A program made the translations under genes and the position numbers. DNA of 32,830 bases from the NCBI GenBank assembly GCA_944364015.1, contig CALVVX010000003.1, forward strand, positions 1-32,830. The letters run 5' to 3'. Positions 1 to 8,684 of the stretch are shown in pieces. The notes below the pieces were generated by a model, which was not told the origin of the DNA, ran no database searches, and saw only the letters and a list, made by a program, of their open reading frames with translations. This stretch comes from an uncultured Bacilli bacterium. Its GTDB lineage: Bacteria > Bacillota_I > Bacilli_A > RF39 > UBA660. Within the stretch, counting starts at the first letter, position 1. Each line of letters begins with the position of its first letter.

Positions 1-16
1 TTTCTATTAACATTTA

Positions 17-89
17 TAGTAATTTATATAGTAATTTATAATCATTAATTTTATAGTAATTTATATAGTAATTTATATAGTAATTTATA
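17..89. repeat. AT-rich 12-bp repeat (TAGTAATTTATA) x5, arranged 2+3
   Basis: Exact copies at 17-28, 29-40, 54-65, 66-77 and 78-89. Confidence 0.85.
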
Positions 90-134
90 ATTATTAATAT
101 TGTAAATAATATTGTAGATTAATCATAAATTTAA

Positions 135-161
135 AAAAAGGAATAAATTTTACAAAAAACG
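135..161 (+). repeat. Left copy of 27-bp target site duplication of the IS
   Basis: AAAAAGGAATAAATTTTACAAAAAACG is identical to 1835-1861. Boundaries are set by aligning the IS terminal inverted repeats and could be off by 1 bp. Confidence 0.9.
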
Positions 162-203
162 TGTCAATAGTTTTTGAAAATGTCTTAAAAAAATATAAAC
201 ATT

Positions 204-230
204 AACGGGAAAATATTCTCGTTTTTGTTT
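204..230 (+). terminator. Possible intrinsic terminator inside the IS end
   Basis: Hairpin AACGGGAA-AATA-TTCTCGTT (one G-U pair) followed by a T-rich tract. Confidence 0.45.
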
Positions 231-343
231 GTAATTTTATACCTTCTCTCATCGAAGTCAATAACAAGCTCATTTCATTCGTGCTTCGCATTATTGACTT
301 CAATTTCGTTAAGGTATGTTTAAACACTAACAAACAAGAATAT
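213..343 (-). ncRNA. Candidate structured RNA in the IS 3' non-coding region
   Basis: Nested perfect stems 213-219/337-343, 239-245/311-317 and 254-264/291-301, plus 266-269/283-286, separated by internal loops. Expression and strand are unknown. Confidence 0.45.
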
Positions 344-348
344 CTAAC

Positions 349-1749
349 TCAAGCATATTGATGTTGATAATGACTTTTTTGAAGTTGTTTTTTAAAGGAA
401 GCAAGTTTCCAAGGATGAGACATTGGTGGAATATATTTTTTCTTTTCTTTAACTTCTACAACTTCATTAAATTCTTTAGAAAAGCATTCGTTTCTAGATA
501 ATTCTTTTAACTCTAACACCTGCTCATCAATTGTAACTAATAAATTGCCATTAAAAGCTTTAATAACTAAACATTCTGTTTTAGGCATAAAACATTTTAA
601 TTCACCATTTAAATATGGTTGATAGTATTTGCCATAATATTTAATAGAGTTACCATTATCAATTTTTCTAGGTGTTAAAACAGCAAGGGTATAATTTATT
701 TTTTCTAAAGAAGGAGACAATTCAAACACCGATTTAAACTTTTTGTAGTCCATAGCAAATCTTCTGTTAAAATCTGGAACAAATACTTCTAGTAAATATT
801 TGTTAGCTTCTTCAATCGTTGTAATTCCATGTAGCTTTAATTCATTTGCTAATCTACCTTGGAAAGTACCATTTGTTCTTTCAATTAAGCCTTTAGCTTG
901 TGATACAGAAGATGTCTCAAGCTCTACTCCAAGTTGTTTGCATGCATAACCATATTGAGTTAATACATCTTTATCAGAAGTTCGTTTATCAGGATTTAAA
1001 GACATATAGTTAAATACAGTTCTATTATCAGTAAAGAATTTATATGGGATTCCATAATTGATTAATATTTGATAAAAAACATGATAATAGCCATTTAATG
1101 TTTCTTGCTTATCAAAGTAAGCACCAACAATAGTGGAAGTAGCTTTATCAATAGCTAAATGTAAACAAGTTTTAATTTCTCCAAACCAATTATGAATAGA
1201 ACCGTCTTGTTCAATAATCTCACCAAAATATTTAGGCTTTTCTAATCTTGGGTGAGAGTCTTCTAAAGCAATTTCATGACTTACAATTGTTTCTATTTGT
1301 TCTTCTGACATAGCTTCATTTATTCTCTTTTCTTGTAATAATTTTTTCTTTGTATAATCTCGCTTTGTTTTTCTTCTAGCTTTAGGAGATAAGATACCTT
1401 CCTTTGTTAAAATATTATAAACAAATTTATAAGATACCTTGAAATTTTCTTTTTCTATTAACCATTCATAAAAATGTTTAAAATTCCAATCTTGATATTT
1501 GCTCTTATAAAGTAGTATAATATCTTCGGAGATTGACTTATCTAATGTACTAACTGGTTTTTTTGAACGATTCCCATGTACAAAAGCAGATTTGCCTTTC
1601 TCCTTATATTTAATAATAAGACGATCAATTTGTCTTCTTGATAAACCGAGCTTTTCACTAGCTCTGTTTTTATTTCCATTATGATCTACTAATTCTTTAA
1701 TTATTTCATATTTTAATTGTTCATTCATTCTTAATTCAACCTTTCTCAT
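349..1749 (-). CDS. IS1202/ISNCY-family DDE transposase
   Basis: N-terminal HTH (LGLSRRQIDRL...VHGNR) and integrase-like core (EQDGS, AIDKAT, TDNRTVF, KGLIERTNGTFQGRL). Start placed at ATG 1749 (MRKVELR), after a GGTGA RBS. Confidence 0.92.
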   Translation of the reverse strand: MRKVELRMNEQLKYEIIKELVDHNGNKNRASEKLGLSRRQIDRLIIKYKEKGKSAFVHGNRSKKPVSTLDKSISEDIILLYKSKYQDWNFKHFYEWLIEKENFKVSYKFVYNILTKEGILSPKARRKTKRDYTKKKLLQEKRINEAMSEEQIETIVSHEIALEDSHPRLEKPKYFGEIIEQDGSIHNWFGEIKTCLHLAIDKATSTIVGAYFDKQETLNGYYHVFYQILINYGIPYKFFTDNRTVFNYMSLNPDKRTSDKDVLTQYGYACKQLGVELETSSVSQAKGLIERTNGTFQGRLANELKLHGITTIEEANKYLLEVFVPDFNRRFAMDYKKFKSVFELSPSLEKINYTLAVLTPRKIDNGNSIKYYGKYYQPYLNGELKCFMPKTECLVIKAFNGNLLVTIDEQVLELKELSRNECFSKEFNEVVEVKEKKKYIPPMSHPWKLASFKKQLQKSHYQHQYA

Positions 1750-1770
1750 ATACATCACCAAGTGATGTAT
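1750..1770 (-). promoter_or_regulatory. Hairpin sequestering the transposase RBS
   Basis: Perfect 9-bp stem ATACATCAC-CAA-GTGATGTAT directly upstream of the start codon, covering the GGTGA RBS. Confidence 0.6.
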
Positions 1771-1834
1771 TCTACATTAATTTTGAGACATAATCAAATA
1801 CTAACACTTAAGACATTATCACATACTAATCATA

Positions 1835-1861
1835 AAAAAGGAATAAATTTTACAAAAAACG
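1835..1861 (+). repeat. Right copy of 27-bp target site duplication
   Basis: Identical to 135-161. Confidence 0.9.
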
Positions 1862-1890
1862 TTGTATAATTATCTACAATATGTTATACT
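1862..1890 (+). promoter_or_regulatory. Sigma-A-type promoter for the 1931 gene
   Basis: TTGTAT-17 nt-TATACT with a TGn extension. Confidence 0.55.
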
Positions 1891-1930
1891 CTTAATGTAA
1901 AATAAACAGAATGTAAAGGGAGATGGAACA

Positions 1931-2191
1931 ATGAGTGATTTTATGATAAAAGATGAAAACAATATAGAAAGACCAGCAACGCTAATAACAGTAGTAGAAA
2001 ACGAGGGAAATGATTATGTTATATATTCAATCGACCGTGATGAAAACACTGTAAATATCTTTGTATCGAAATTAGTAAAAGACAGTGCTGGTAATGACGT
2101 AATTATTGATATAGCTGATCCAAGTGAAAAAGCTAAATTAAATGAAATAGTTAGACAAATAATAAAACTACCATTAGTGGACGGTGAATAA
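1931..2191 (+). CDS. Small acidic protein, DUF1292-like
   Basis: 86 aa with an AAGGGAG RBS. Pattern LITVVENEGNDYVIYS...IFVSKL...IIDI resembles DUF1292. Confidence 0.6.
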   Translation: MSDFMIKDENNIERPATLITVVENEGNDYVIYSIDRDENTVNIFVSKLVKDSAGNDVIIDIADPSEKAKLNEIVRQIIKLPLVDGE

Positions 2192-2816
2192 AATGAATAA
2201 TAAATACATGTTATACAATACTGTTGAAAAAAGGCAACAAATTGAACCTTTGCTTACTACTACACAACAAACAATTCCACTTATTTCAGAGAAAAAGCAA
2301 GTAGTAGCAAATGTTTCATCATTTTTAATGGGCATAAAAATAACAGCAACATTAGAAGATAAACTAGTAATAAACGGCATAGATACATTAACAGCTAAAA
2401 TAAAACCAATACAGAATACAATTACCAAATCAATACCTCAAAAGTTTAACATAAAGTTATCATATGTTGCTAGCGTTGACAAAAAAATAATACAAAAAAT
2501 ATCAGAATTTTATCATAAATTAGCACCAATACGAGAAATTAATATACCTAAAGTATTTTTTGACGCATCACAGGAAAACAACTTACAGAAGGCACTTCAT
2601 ATGAGCTTATCAACACCGCTTCCAACTTCAACAGAAGTACCTAAAACAAGCGAAAATGAAAATACAGAAATTAAAGTCAAATCAAAAACTTTAGTTAAAG
2701 AAAGCAAAGCAAAAAAAATAACAGGATATGCAACTGTCTTTATGTTAGGAATAATAGCTGCAGCACTGTTAACACTAGCTTCAATTTTAATAGGAATAAA
2801 GATTTTAAATCCATAA
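2184..2816 (+). CDS. Hypothetical protein with C-terminal transmembrane helix
   Basis: 210-aa ORF overlapping the previous stop, with a hydrophobic tail (GYATVFMLGIIAAALLTLASILIGI). Start uncertain. Confidence 0.7.
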   Translation: MNKMNNKYMLYNTVEKRQQIEPLLTTTQQTIPLISEKKQVVANVSSFLMGIKITATLEDKLVINGIDTLTAKIKPIQNTITKSIPQKFNIKLSYVASVDKKIIQKISEFYHKLAPIREINIPKVFFDASQENNLQKALHMSLSTPLPTSTEVPKTSENENTEIKVKSKTLVKESKAKKITGYATVFMLGIIAAALLTLASILIGIKILNP

Positions 2817-2835
2817 GCAAATACAATTGCTTTTT

Positions 2836-3441
2836 TTAATTATCTCTTTTAGAATAAATACAACCACAATAATCTTGACGATATAAATTGTATTTTTTAG
2901 ACAATTCAACAGACTTCTTATATCCGTCATTTTTCTTAAAATCAGAGTATAACCATTTAATATTATATTTAACAGCCAAACTCTCACCAATTTCATTCAA
3001 AATTTTTGAATTTTTATAAGGACTAACAGTCAGAGTAGTAGAAAAATAATCATAATTACCATCAGAGGCCATCATAGCGGTCTTTTCTAAACGCAACTTA
3101 TAACAAATATGACATCTACTACCGCCTTCTTTTTCGTTTTCTAGCCCCTTAATTAATCTTTCATATTTATCGTTGTCATAATCACAATCAATAATAGATA
3201 AATTATTTACATGCTCCATTTCATTAATTAGTCTAATTTGCTCATTTTTTCTTTTTAAATACTCCTCGTAAGGATATATATTAGGATTATAGTATAAAAC
3301 GGTAATATCAAAATATTTGTTTAAATAAGATATAACATAACTACTACAAGGAGCACAACAACTGTGTAAAAGTAAAGAAACTTTTTTGTGGTTTTCATTA
3401 ATTAATTCAAGTTCCTTATCCAGCATTTTACTAAAATTCAT
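2836..3441 (-). CDS. queH: Epoxyqueuosine reductase QueH (DUF208)
   Basis: Motifs LLLHSCCAPCS, YYNPNIYP, RCHICY, STTLTVSPYK and YRQDYCGC. Start at ATG 3441 after an AAGGGTGA RBS. Confidence 0.92.
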   Translation of the reverse strand: MNFSKMLDKELELINENHKKVSLLLHSCCAPCSSYVISYLNKYFDITVLYYNPNIYPYEEYLKRKNEQIRLINEMEHVNNLSIIDCDYDNDKYERLIKGLENEKEGGSRCHICYKLRLEKTAMMASDGNYDYFSTTLTVSPYKNSKILNEIGESLAVKYNIKWLYSDFKKNDGYKKSVELSKKYNLYRQDYCGCIYSKRDN

Positions 3442-3542
3442 ATATATCACCCTTTTAAAAATATTATATTTTAAATAGATAAAGATTATTTTAATTTCTA
3501 AACACAAAAAAATAATTTTTAATTAGTAATAATACTAAAATT

Positions 3543-3643
3543 AAAAAAAGAAAAATGGTATCTGAGATACCAAAATCTATAAATATGCATCAAAGGAATG
3601 GTTTAGACATATAAATAATATAATAAAATGAGAAAAAAGTCAA
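3543..3643 (-). ncRNA. Candidate ~65-nt small RNA unit (promoter plus terminator, no ORF)
   Basis: Minus-strand TTGACT-17-TATTAT (3643-3615), then about 35 nt, then hairpin TGGTATC-TCA-GATACCA (3572-3556) followed by a U-tract. Confidence 0.4.
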
Positions 3644-3950
3644 TAGCTTTTTTAAAAAAAATTCAATTTTTTTCATATTATGTTATTAAAATCATAAAAA
3701 TGCTACTTTATACAGTCAAATTTTATGTAGTTACCTCCCAGTTTATAGTAAATTTTTTTTTAATTATTATTATTTAATTGAGATATTACTAACATTATTA
3801 TATATATTTATTAAAAAATTAAAAATCGAAAAAAAAACACAATAACAGTATTTAAAAAATAAAAATCTTAATAAAAATTAATACATAATTTTGAAAGAAA
3901 GAGAAAATACTTACTTTTTTATTTTTAATATGATAAAATAAAAATAGGAG

Positions 3951-4451
3951 ATGGTTAATTTGGTCAATAATTATAGAAAAATACCCTTGAAAAATTATAT
4001 ATATTTAGCACTTATAATTTTGTTTTCAATAGCAATATTGTATTATTTATATCTTTGGTTTGTGGAATATAATAAAGAACAACAGAAAAATCCTATTATG
4101 AATGATGTTATGCTGATAATAAACGATAATGAACTTAATACCTATTTAATAGAAAATAAGGACGCAATAATTTTTGTTTCAACACTTAATGATGCAGAAA
4201 TAAGAAAATACGAAAGAAAATTGGAAAATTTAATAAAAAATGAAAATATTAATAACGAAATTCTTTATATGGATTTAACAAATAAAAAAACAAATCAGAA
4301 ACAAATATTTAATACTGAATTTAGCTTACCAGCATTTCTTGTATATTCAAATTCACAATTAGCAGAAGTGTATGAAATATCAAAAGATAATTACAATATT
4401 AAAAAAACAAAAGAATTTCTAGAGAAGTATGAAGTGATAAGACATGATTAA
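3951..4451 (+). CDS. Membrane-anchored protein, probable thioredoxin-like fold without CxxC
   Basis: N-terminal TM helix, then a beta-alpha pattern (AIIFVS...ILYMDL...LPAFLVY) parallel to the 5449-5886 protein. Confidence 0.6.
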   Translation: MVNLVNNYRKIPLKNYIYLALIILFSIAILYYLYLWFVEYNKEQQKNPIMNDVMLIINDNELNTYLIENKDAIIFVSTLNDAEIRKYERKLENLIKNENINNEILYMDLTNKKTNQKQIFNTEFSLPAFLVYSNSQLAEVYEISKDNYNIKKTKEFLEKYEVIRHD

Positions 4452-4950
4452 TATAGTTTTATATGAACCAGAAATTCCTGCAAATACAGGTAATATAATG
4501 CGAACATGTGCGGCCACAAATGCTAAATTGCATTTAATAAAGCCATTAGGCTTTAAATTAGACTCTGCTAGTGTAAAAAGAAGTGGTGTTAATTATATAG
4601 ATAAAGTAAACTATCAAGTATATGAGAATATTGATGAGTTTTTTTCTAAAAACAAAGGTGAATATTATTTCATAACTAGATATGGGAAAAATACTTATAG
4701 TGATTATGACTTTTCAGATCAAAATACTAATATATATTTGTTTTTTGGCAAAGAAAGTACAGGAATACCTAAAGAAATATTAAAAAAACATATAGATAGA
4801 TGTTTTAGAATACCTGCAAGCGATAATGTTAGAAGTCTTAATCTTTCAAATTGCGTTGCTATAACTTTATATGAAGTATTAAGACAACAAGACTTTCCAA
4901 ATTTGTATAAGACGGAACCACATAAAGGAGAAGATTGGCTTGAAAGATAA
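4444..4950 (+). CDS. trmL: tRNA (cytidine/uridine-34 2'-O)-methyltransferase, SPOUT family
   Basis: Motifs IVLYEPEIPANTGNIMRTC, FGKESTG and RSLNLSN. Confidence 0.95.
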   Translation: MINIVLYEPEIPANTGNIMRTCAATNAKLHLIKPLGFKLDSASVKRSGVNYIDKVNYQVYENIDEFFSKNKGEYYFITRYGKNTYSDYDFSDQNTNIYLFFGKESTGIPKEILKKHIDRCFRIPASDNVRSLNLSNCVAITLYEVLRQQDFPNLYKTEPHKGEDWLER

Positions 4951-5440
4951 AAGTATAAATGAGTTTTATTATAAGATTTTAAATATAAGAAGTAATATCA
5001 TTGACATTGAAGAAAAAATACAAAAATGCATACATGAAGTGGTTCCTATAATAAAAAAAAGTAATGAAAATTTAGATAGAGTATGTAAAGTGATAGCAAA
5101 CAATATTTCTATCTCGTTAAAAGAAAATAAGATTGATAATATAATAATAAATCTAAAACATTATGGTCTATATGAACATGAATTTGTTTTGAGTAGAAAT
5201 TTAAGTAACAACCAAATTAATTACTTTTTGATAGATCCATCATTTATTCAATTTAAAAATGAATATCCTTATTTGAATTTAAAAAAATTAAATTCAAATT
5301 TATTAAATAATGTAATAAATAAAGGATATAGTATAGTAGATGATAAAATGATAAATGATTATTTTAGATCATTCAATTATGAAGAAAGAATAGATTTGAA
5401 TGAACTATTTATGGATATTAAAACAAAAAAAATAAAATAG
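4940..5440 (+). CDS. Hypothetical protein, possible papain/transglutaminase-like fold
   Basis: TTG start with an AAAGGAG RBS. Ordered C (RVCKV), H (EHEFV) and D (LIDPSF). Confidence 0.6.
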   Translation: MKDKSINEFYYKILNIRSNIIDIEEKIQKCIHEVVPIIKKSNENLDRVCKVIANNISISLKENKIDNIIINLKHYGLYEHEFVLSRNLSNNQINYFLIDPSFIQFKNEYPYLNLKKLNSNLLNNVINKGYSIVDDKMINDYFRSFNYEERIDLNELFMDIKTKKIK

Positions 5441-5448
5441 CAAAAAAA

Positions 5449-5886
5449 CTATTTTATAAAGCCATTGATTCTAAATTTTTCTGTAATTCTGCTTTCACTT
5501 ACATTTCCACTTATCCTATTAGCGGTAGTTTCTTCACTACCGTTTTTTATAAAAACAGTAACAGGAGTTTCTCCATTAAAACTAATTAAATCATTGAATT
5601 TTTCTTGGTTTTCTTTACTCTCTTTATCAATATCTATATAGTATATATTTAATTTATTATCTTTAGCAAAGGTTTCTAATTTGGGCTTGTAATCATCGCA
5701 GTGGGAGCATGTTGTTCTACTTATACAAAGAGCAAATGTTTCTTTATTATCAATCATTTCACTTAATTTATCATAGTTGAGTTTGTGTAAGCCAACATTA
5801 CTATTATAAAAAAGTAGAAATGAAACGATTCCAATTAATAGTACTGAACATATAATTATCATAATTATATTTTTTTTATTACTCAT
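5449..5886 (-). CDS. Membrane-anchored thioredoxin-like thiol-disulfide oxidoreductase
   Basis: N-terminal TM helix, CSHC motif and cis-Pro loop (ETPVTVF). Confidence 0.85.
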   Translation of the reverse strand: MSNKKNIIMIIICSVLLIGIVSFLLFYNSNVGLHKLNYDKLSEMIDNKETFALCISRTTCSHCDDYKPKLETFAKDNKLNIYYIDIDKESKENQEKFNDLISFNGETPVTVFIKNGSEETTANRISGNVSESRITEKFRINGFIK

Positions 5887-5960
5887 AAAATCACCTTCAT
5901 ATATATAATAACACTTTTTTTATAAAATTAGTAAAAAAACTTTATTTTTTGCAAAAAAAA

Positions 5961-5992
5961 TGGTATCATGTTAATATAGATAGTAAAGGAGG
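5961..5992 (+). promoter_or_regulatory. Extended -10 promoter and RBS of the Tad operon
   Basis: TGGTATCAT (TGn-TATCAT) at 5961-5969 and AAAGGAGG upstream of the TTG start. Confidence 0.5.
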
Positions 5993-6000
5993 TATGAGTA

Positions 6001-6693
6001 TTGAAGAAGAAACTGTTATTACTTGTTTTAACTTTTGTATTTGTACCTCAAGTTAAAGCAGATTGTGATAGAGAAGCATTAAATAATTTAAGTAAGATGG
6101 CTGAGAATATAGAAATCACTAGTGAGCTAGATATAACATTAGAAGATCAATATACAGGTAATAGAGACTATTCAATAGACGATGAGGGAAAACCCATACC
6201 AAGAGGAAATATGAAAATAATCATCTCTGGTATGAGTGAAGAATTTAAAATAGTTGATGAGACTTATAACAGAACATTTATGTATAGTGATTTTACTGAT
6301 GGAATTTTAATTGTAAAAAGCGAATTAAATGGACAAAGAAGATTTAAGGTATATTCTAGTGAATGTAATGAAGTAGTAAGAACAATTAATATAAAAATAC
6401 CACGTTATAATATATATTCAACAGATCCACTTTGTGAAGGAATAAGTGAAGATGAATTGGCTATATGTGGTATGTGGTATGAAAAAGAAGTAGATTATGC
6501 AACTTTTGAGAAAATGGTTAATAATTATAAAGAGAAAAAAGCTCAAGAAGAAGCAGAAAATAGTCAAGGTATAATTGAAAAAGTAATATCATTTTTTAGC
6601 AATTACTATTTATATTTCATAATAGGAGCAGTAGTAATTGCAATAGTTGCTCTAATAATCATAATAAGAAGAAAGAGAAGTGTATTAGAATGA
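6001..6693 (+). CDS. Secreted protein with C-terminal membrane anchor
   Basis: Signal peptide (...PQVKA/D), 4 Cys, C-terminal TM helix and RRKR tail. Confidence 0.8.
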   Translation: MKKKLLLLVLTFVFVPQVKADCDREALNNLSKMAENIEITSELDITLEDQYTGNRDYSIDDEGKPIPRGNMKIIISGMSEEFKIVDETYNRTFMYSDFTDGILIVKSELNGQRRFKVYSSECNEVVRTINIKIPRYNIYSTDPLCEGISEDELAICGMWYEKEVDYATFEKMVNNYKEKKAQEEAENSQGIIEKVISFFSNYYLYFIIGAVVIAIVALIIIIRRKRSVLE

Positions 6694-8684
6694 GAAAAGT
6701 TTTATTATTTCTAACAGCACTTACTACTTTCTTTATAGTAAATACAGAAGTTAGTGCTGCAGCTCAAAGAGATGAGATAGATTATCAAATAACATCTGTT
6801 GAAATAAACAATACATCAGTTACAATTAATGGATGGGCAATAATTGGAGGACATAACAACTATGGTGGCGTACTAACAGATATAGAGCTATCTGCCAAAA
6901 GCCCTAATAGAGGAACTACAATAGACGCAACAGTAACTCTAAACGATAGTGGCTCATATGGATCAAACACAAGTTATACAGGTAGTCAATATTGTTATGA
7001 GAGAAATTGCTCTTCAGGAACAACAAATTATGGAAGCTTATCTTATAAAGGTCAATGCTTTTATAAAAACATGCATTTTAAAGCAACATTTCATACAACA
7101 GAATTACAATATTTAGGATCTAATGTATATTTTGTCTTAAGCGTAAAATATAACACATTACATGATTCAATTGATAAATGTAGCACTAATGCAGCCGATA
7201 GAGGATATAATTCTAATATTTTAAATAAAATAAATCAATATAGTCGTGGTTATAGTAATTCAAAACAAAAAGTAGTTGCCCTAAATGGAGGAAGTTGTAG
7301 TGTAAATGGTAGTGCATGTTCAAATTCACATAAAATGCATATAGGTGGTAAAGAAGTTGATTTATCAGTAGATAACAGCAGTTCAAAATTTAGATTAAAC
7401 TTTGATACTGATTTTGGTGAAGTACCACTTGAATTAAGAGATATACACAAAGATTTAGTATGTAGCGAAAACGAAGTGTTTCAAAATGTTATTGAAGATA
7501 CAATAGAAGTAAAATTAACAGCGGAATATGATGACACAAACAGAGACAAAGAAAGTACATGTACAACAACAACAAAAAATCAATATATAAGTGCAGAAAT
7601 ATATGTAATCCAAAGTGGAAAATTTCAATTTACCTTAGATCAAGGACCAATATATTCTGGAGGAAGCTTTGATTTTGGATTTGATTATACTAACACAGTT
7701 AGATGGTATTATGGTAATAACGTAGAAATATGCCCTAAAATTGAAATACCAAACGCAGTAGAAGAAACATATCAAGTTCCAGTAGGAGTTGATGAAGATG
7801 GCAATGTAATTTATGAAGAAGAAAAAAGATGTACAGGAACTGTAGAAGTATATGCTGAAAATTGTCAAAATGAAGAAGATGCTAGAAAACTATTTGAAGA
7901 AGCTATTGCTTCAAAACTATACAGAGGTGTACAAGCTGATGTAAAAGTAGAACTACCAAAAGATAGTAATTCAGTGAAAAATACTACTCAAACACATGAA
8001 GTAGGAAAATGGGAATGTGAACCAATAAAAAATCAATATAATGAAACAGTATCAACTACCAAAAGATGGGAACCAGGAATAGAGTGGACCACTAAATGTC
8101 ATTATGAGTTGCCAAAAGCAATGCTAAATGTACAATCTGCAGATGTTGAATATGACACTAATTATACATCAGATGTATGGAAAGACGAAGGGAATGTATA
8201 TTTTATACCATTAAAATGGCCAACTGGAGAATTTCCAGTAAAAGTAACATTAAATGGACTTAGTGCCTCAACCTTATCAGATTGGTCTGCGACTTATACA
8301 TGCGAAGTAGAAACGAAACAATTATTATATGATTTAGAAAATGGTGGTTACAAATTCTTCTATCGTCCAATAATTTTAAACAATCCATTCCCAGATCGAG
8401 ACCCAAGCACTAATTGGTTAGAATGGTGGAGCGATGAAGCAAACAGAGAAACATTAGCGGCTTCTTATAGTAATAAAGAATATGAAGTTGGACTAACACC
8501 ACAAAGTATGCGTGATATAAGAAATTATAACAAAAGTGCATTACAAAGTGGTTCAAGATTAGGATATTTAGATTATAGTATTAACCCAGATGGAACAAGT
8601 GAATTTTTCAATCAAGCATATGTTTCAGCTAACTTCCATCGAAATACATCAGATTACTCAAGATTGGGGGAGATGAATGAATGA
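6690..8684 (+). CDS. Large secreted Cys-rich protein, putative Tad-associated adhesin
   Basis: Signal peptide (...EVSA/A), about 14 Cys, beta-rich. Overlaps both neighbours by ATGA. Adhesin role is inferred from context. Confidence 0.7.
   Translation: MRKVLLFLTALTTFFIVNTEVSAAAQRDEIDYQITSVEINNTSVTINGWAIIGGHNNYGGVLTDIELSAKSPNRGTTIDATVTLNDSGSYGSNTSYTGSQYCYERNCSSGTTNYGSLSYKGQCFYKNMHFKATFHTTELQYLGSNVYFVLSVKYNTLHDSIDKCSTNAADRGYNSNILNKINQYSRGYSNSKQKVVALNGGSCSVNGSACSNSHKMHIGGKEVDLSVDNSSSKFRLNFDTDFGEVPLELRDIHKDLVCSENEVFQNVIEDTIEVKLTAEYDDTNRDKESTCTTTTKNQYISAEIYVIQSGKFQFTLDQGPIYSGGSFDFGFDYTNTVRWYYGNNVEICPKIEIPNAVEETYQVPVGVDEDGNVIYEEEKRCTGTVEVYAENCQNEEDARKLFEEAIASKLYRGVQADVKVELPKDSNSVKNTTQTHEVGKWECEPIKNQYNETVSTTKRWEPGIEWTTKCHYELPKAMLNVQSADVEYDTNYTSDVWKDEGNVYFIPLKWPTGEFPVKVTLNGLSASTLSDWSATYTCEVETKQLLYDLENGGYKFFYRPIILNNPFPDRDPSTNWLEWWSDEANRETLAASYSNKEYEVGLTPQSMRDIRNYNKSALQSGSRLGYLDYSINPDGTSEFFNQAYVSANFHRNTSDYSRLGEMNE

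Larger units (their letters stand above)
162..1834 (-). mobile_element. IS1202-family (ex-ISNCY) insertion sequence, about 1673 bp, apparently intact
   Basis: Ends read TGTCAA-TAGTTTTTGAAAATGTCTTAA and (reverse) TATGAT-TAGTATGTGATAATGTCTTAA, with 18/21 identity in the core. A second subterminal copy lies at 1786-1804 next to 1811-1829. It has a single DDE transposase and 27-bp flanking direct repeats, as known for IS1202. Confidence 0.88.

Noticed and set aside
17-89. 12-bp repeats as a CRISPR array or iterons
   Set aside because: Too short, with no spacers and no cas or rep gene. Simple AT-rich tandem repeat.
162-1834. Circle-junction promoter from terminal TTGACA (outward) and TATGAT (inward)
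   Set aside because: Needs about 17 bp between the ends. Neither abutted ends nor a 27-bp spacer fits.
3700-3750. preQ1 riboswitch or small ORF near queH (GGGAGGT on the minus strand)
   Set aside because: No convincing preQ1 stem plus A-rich tail, and no ORF after the SD-like sequence.
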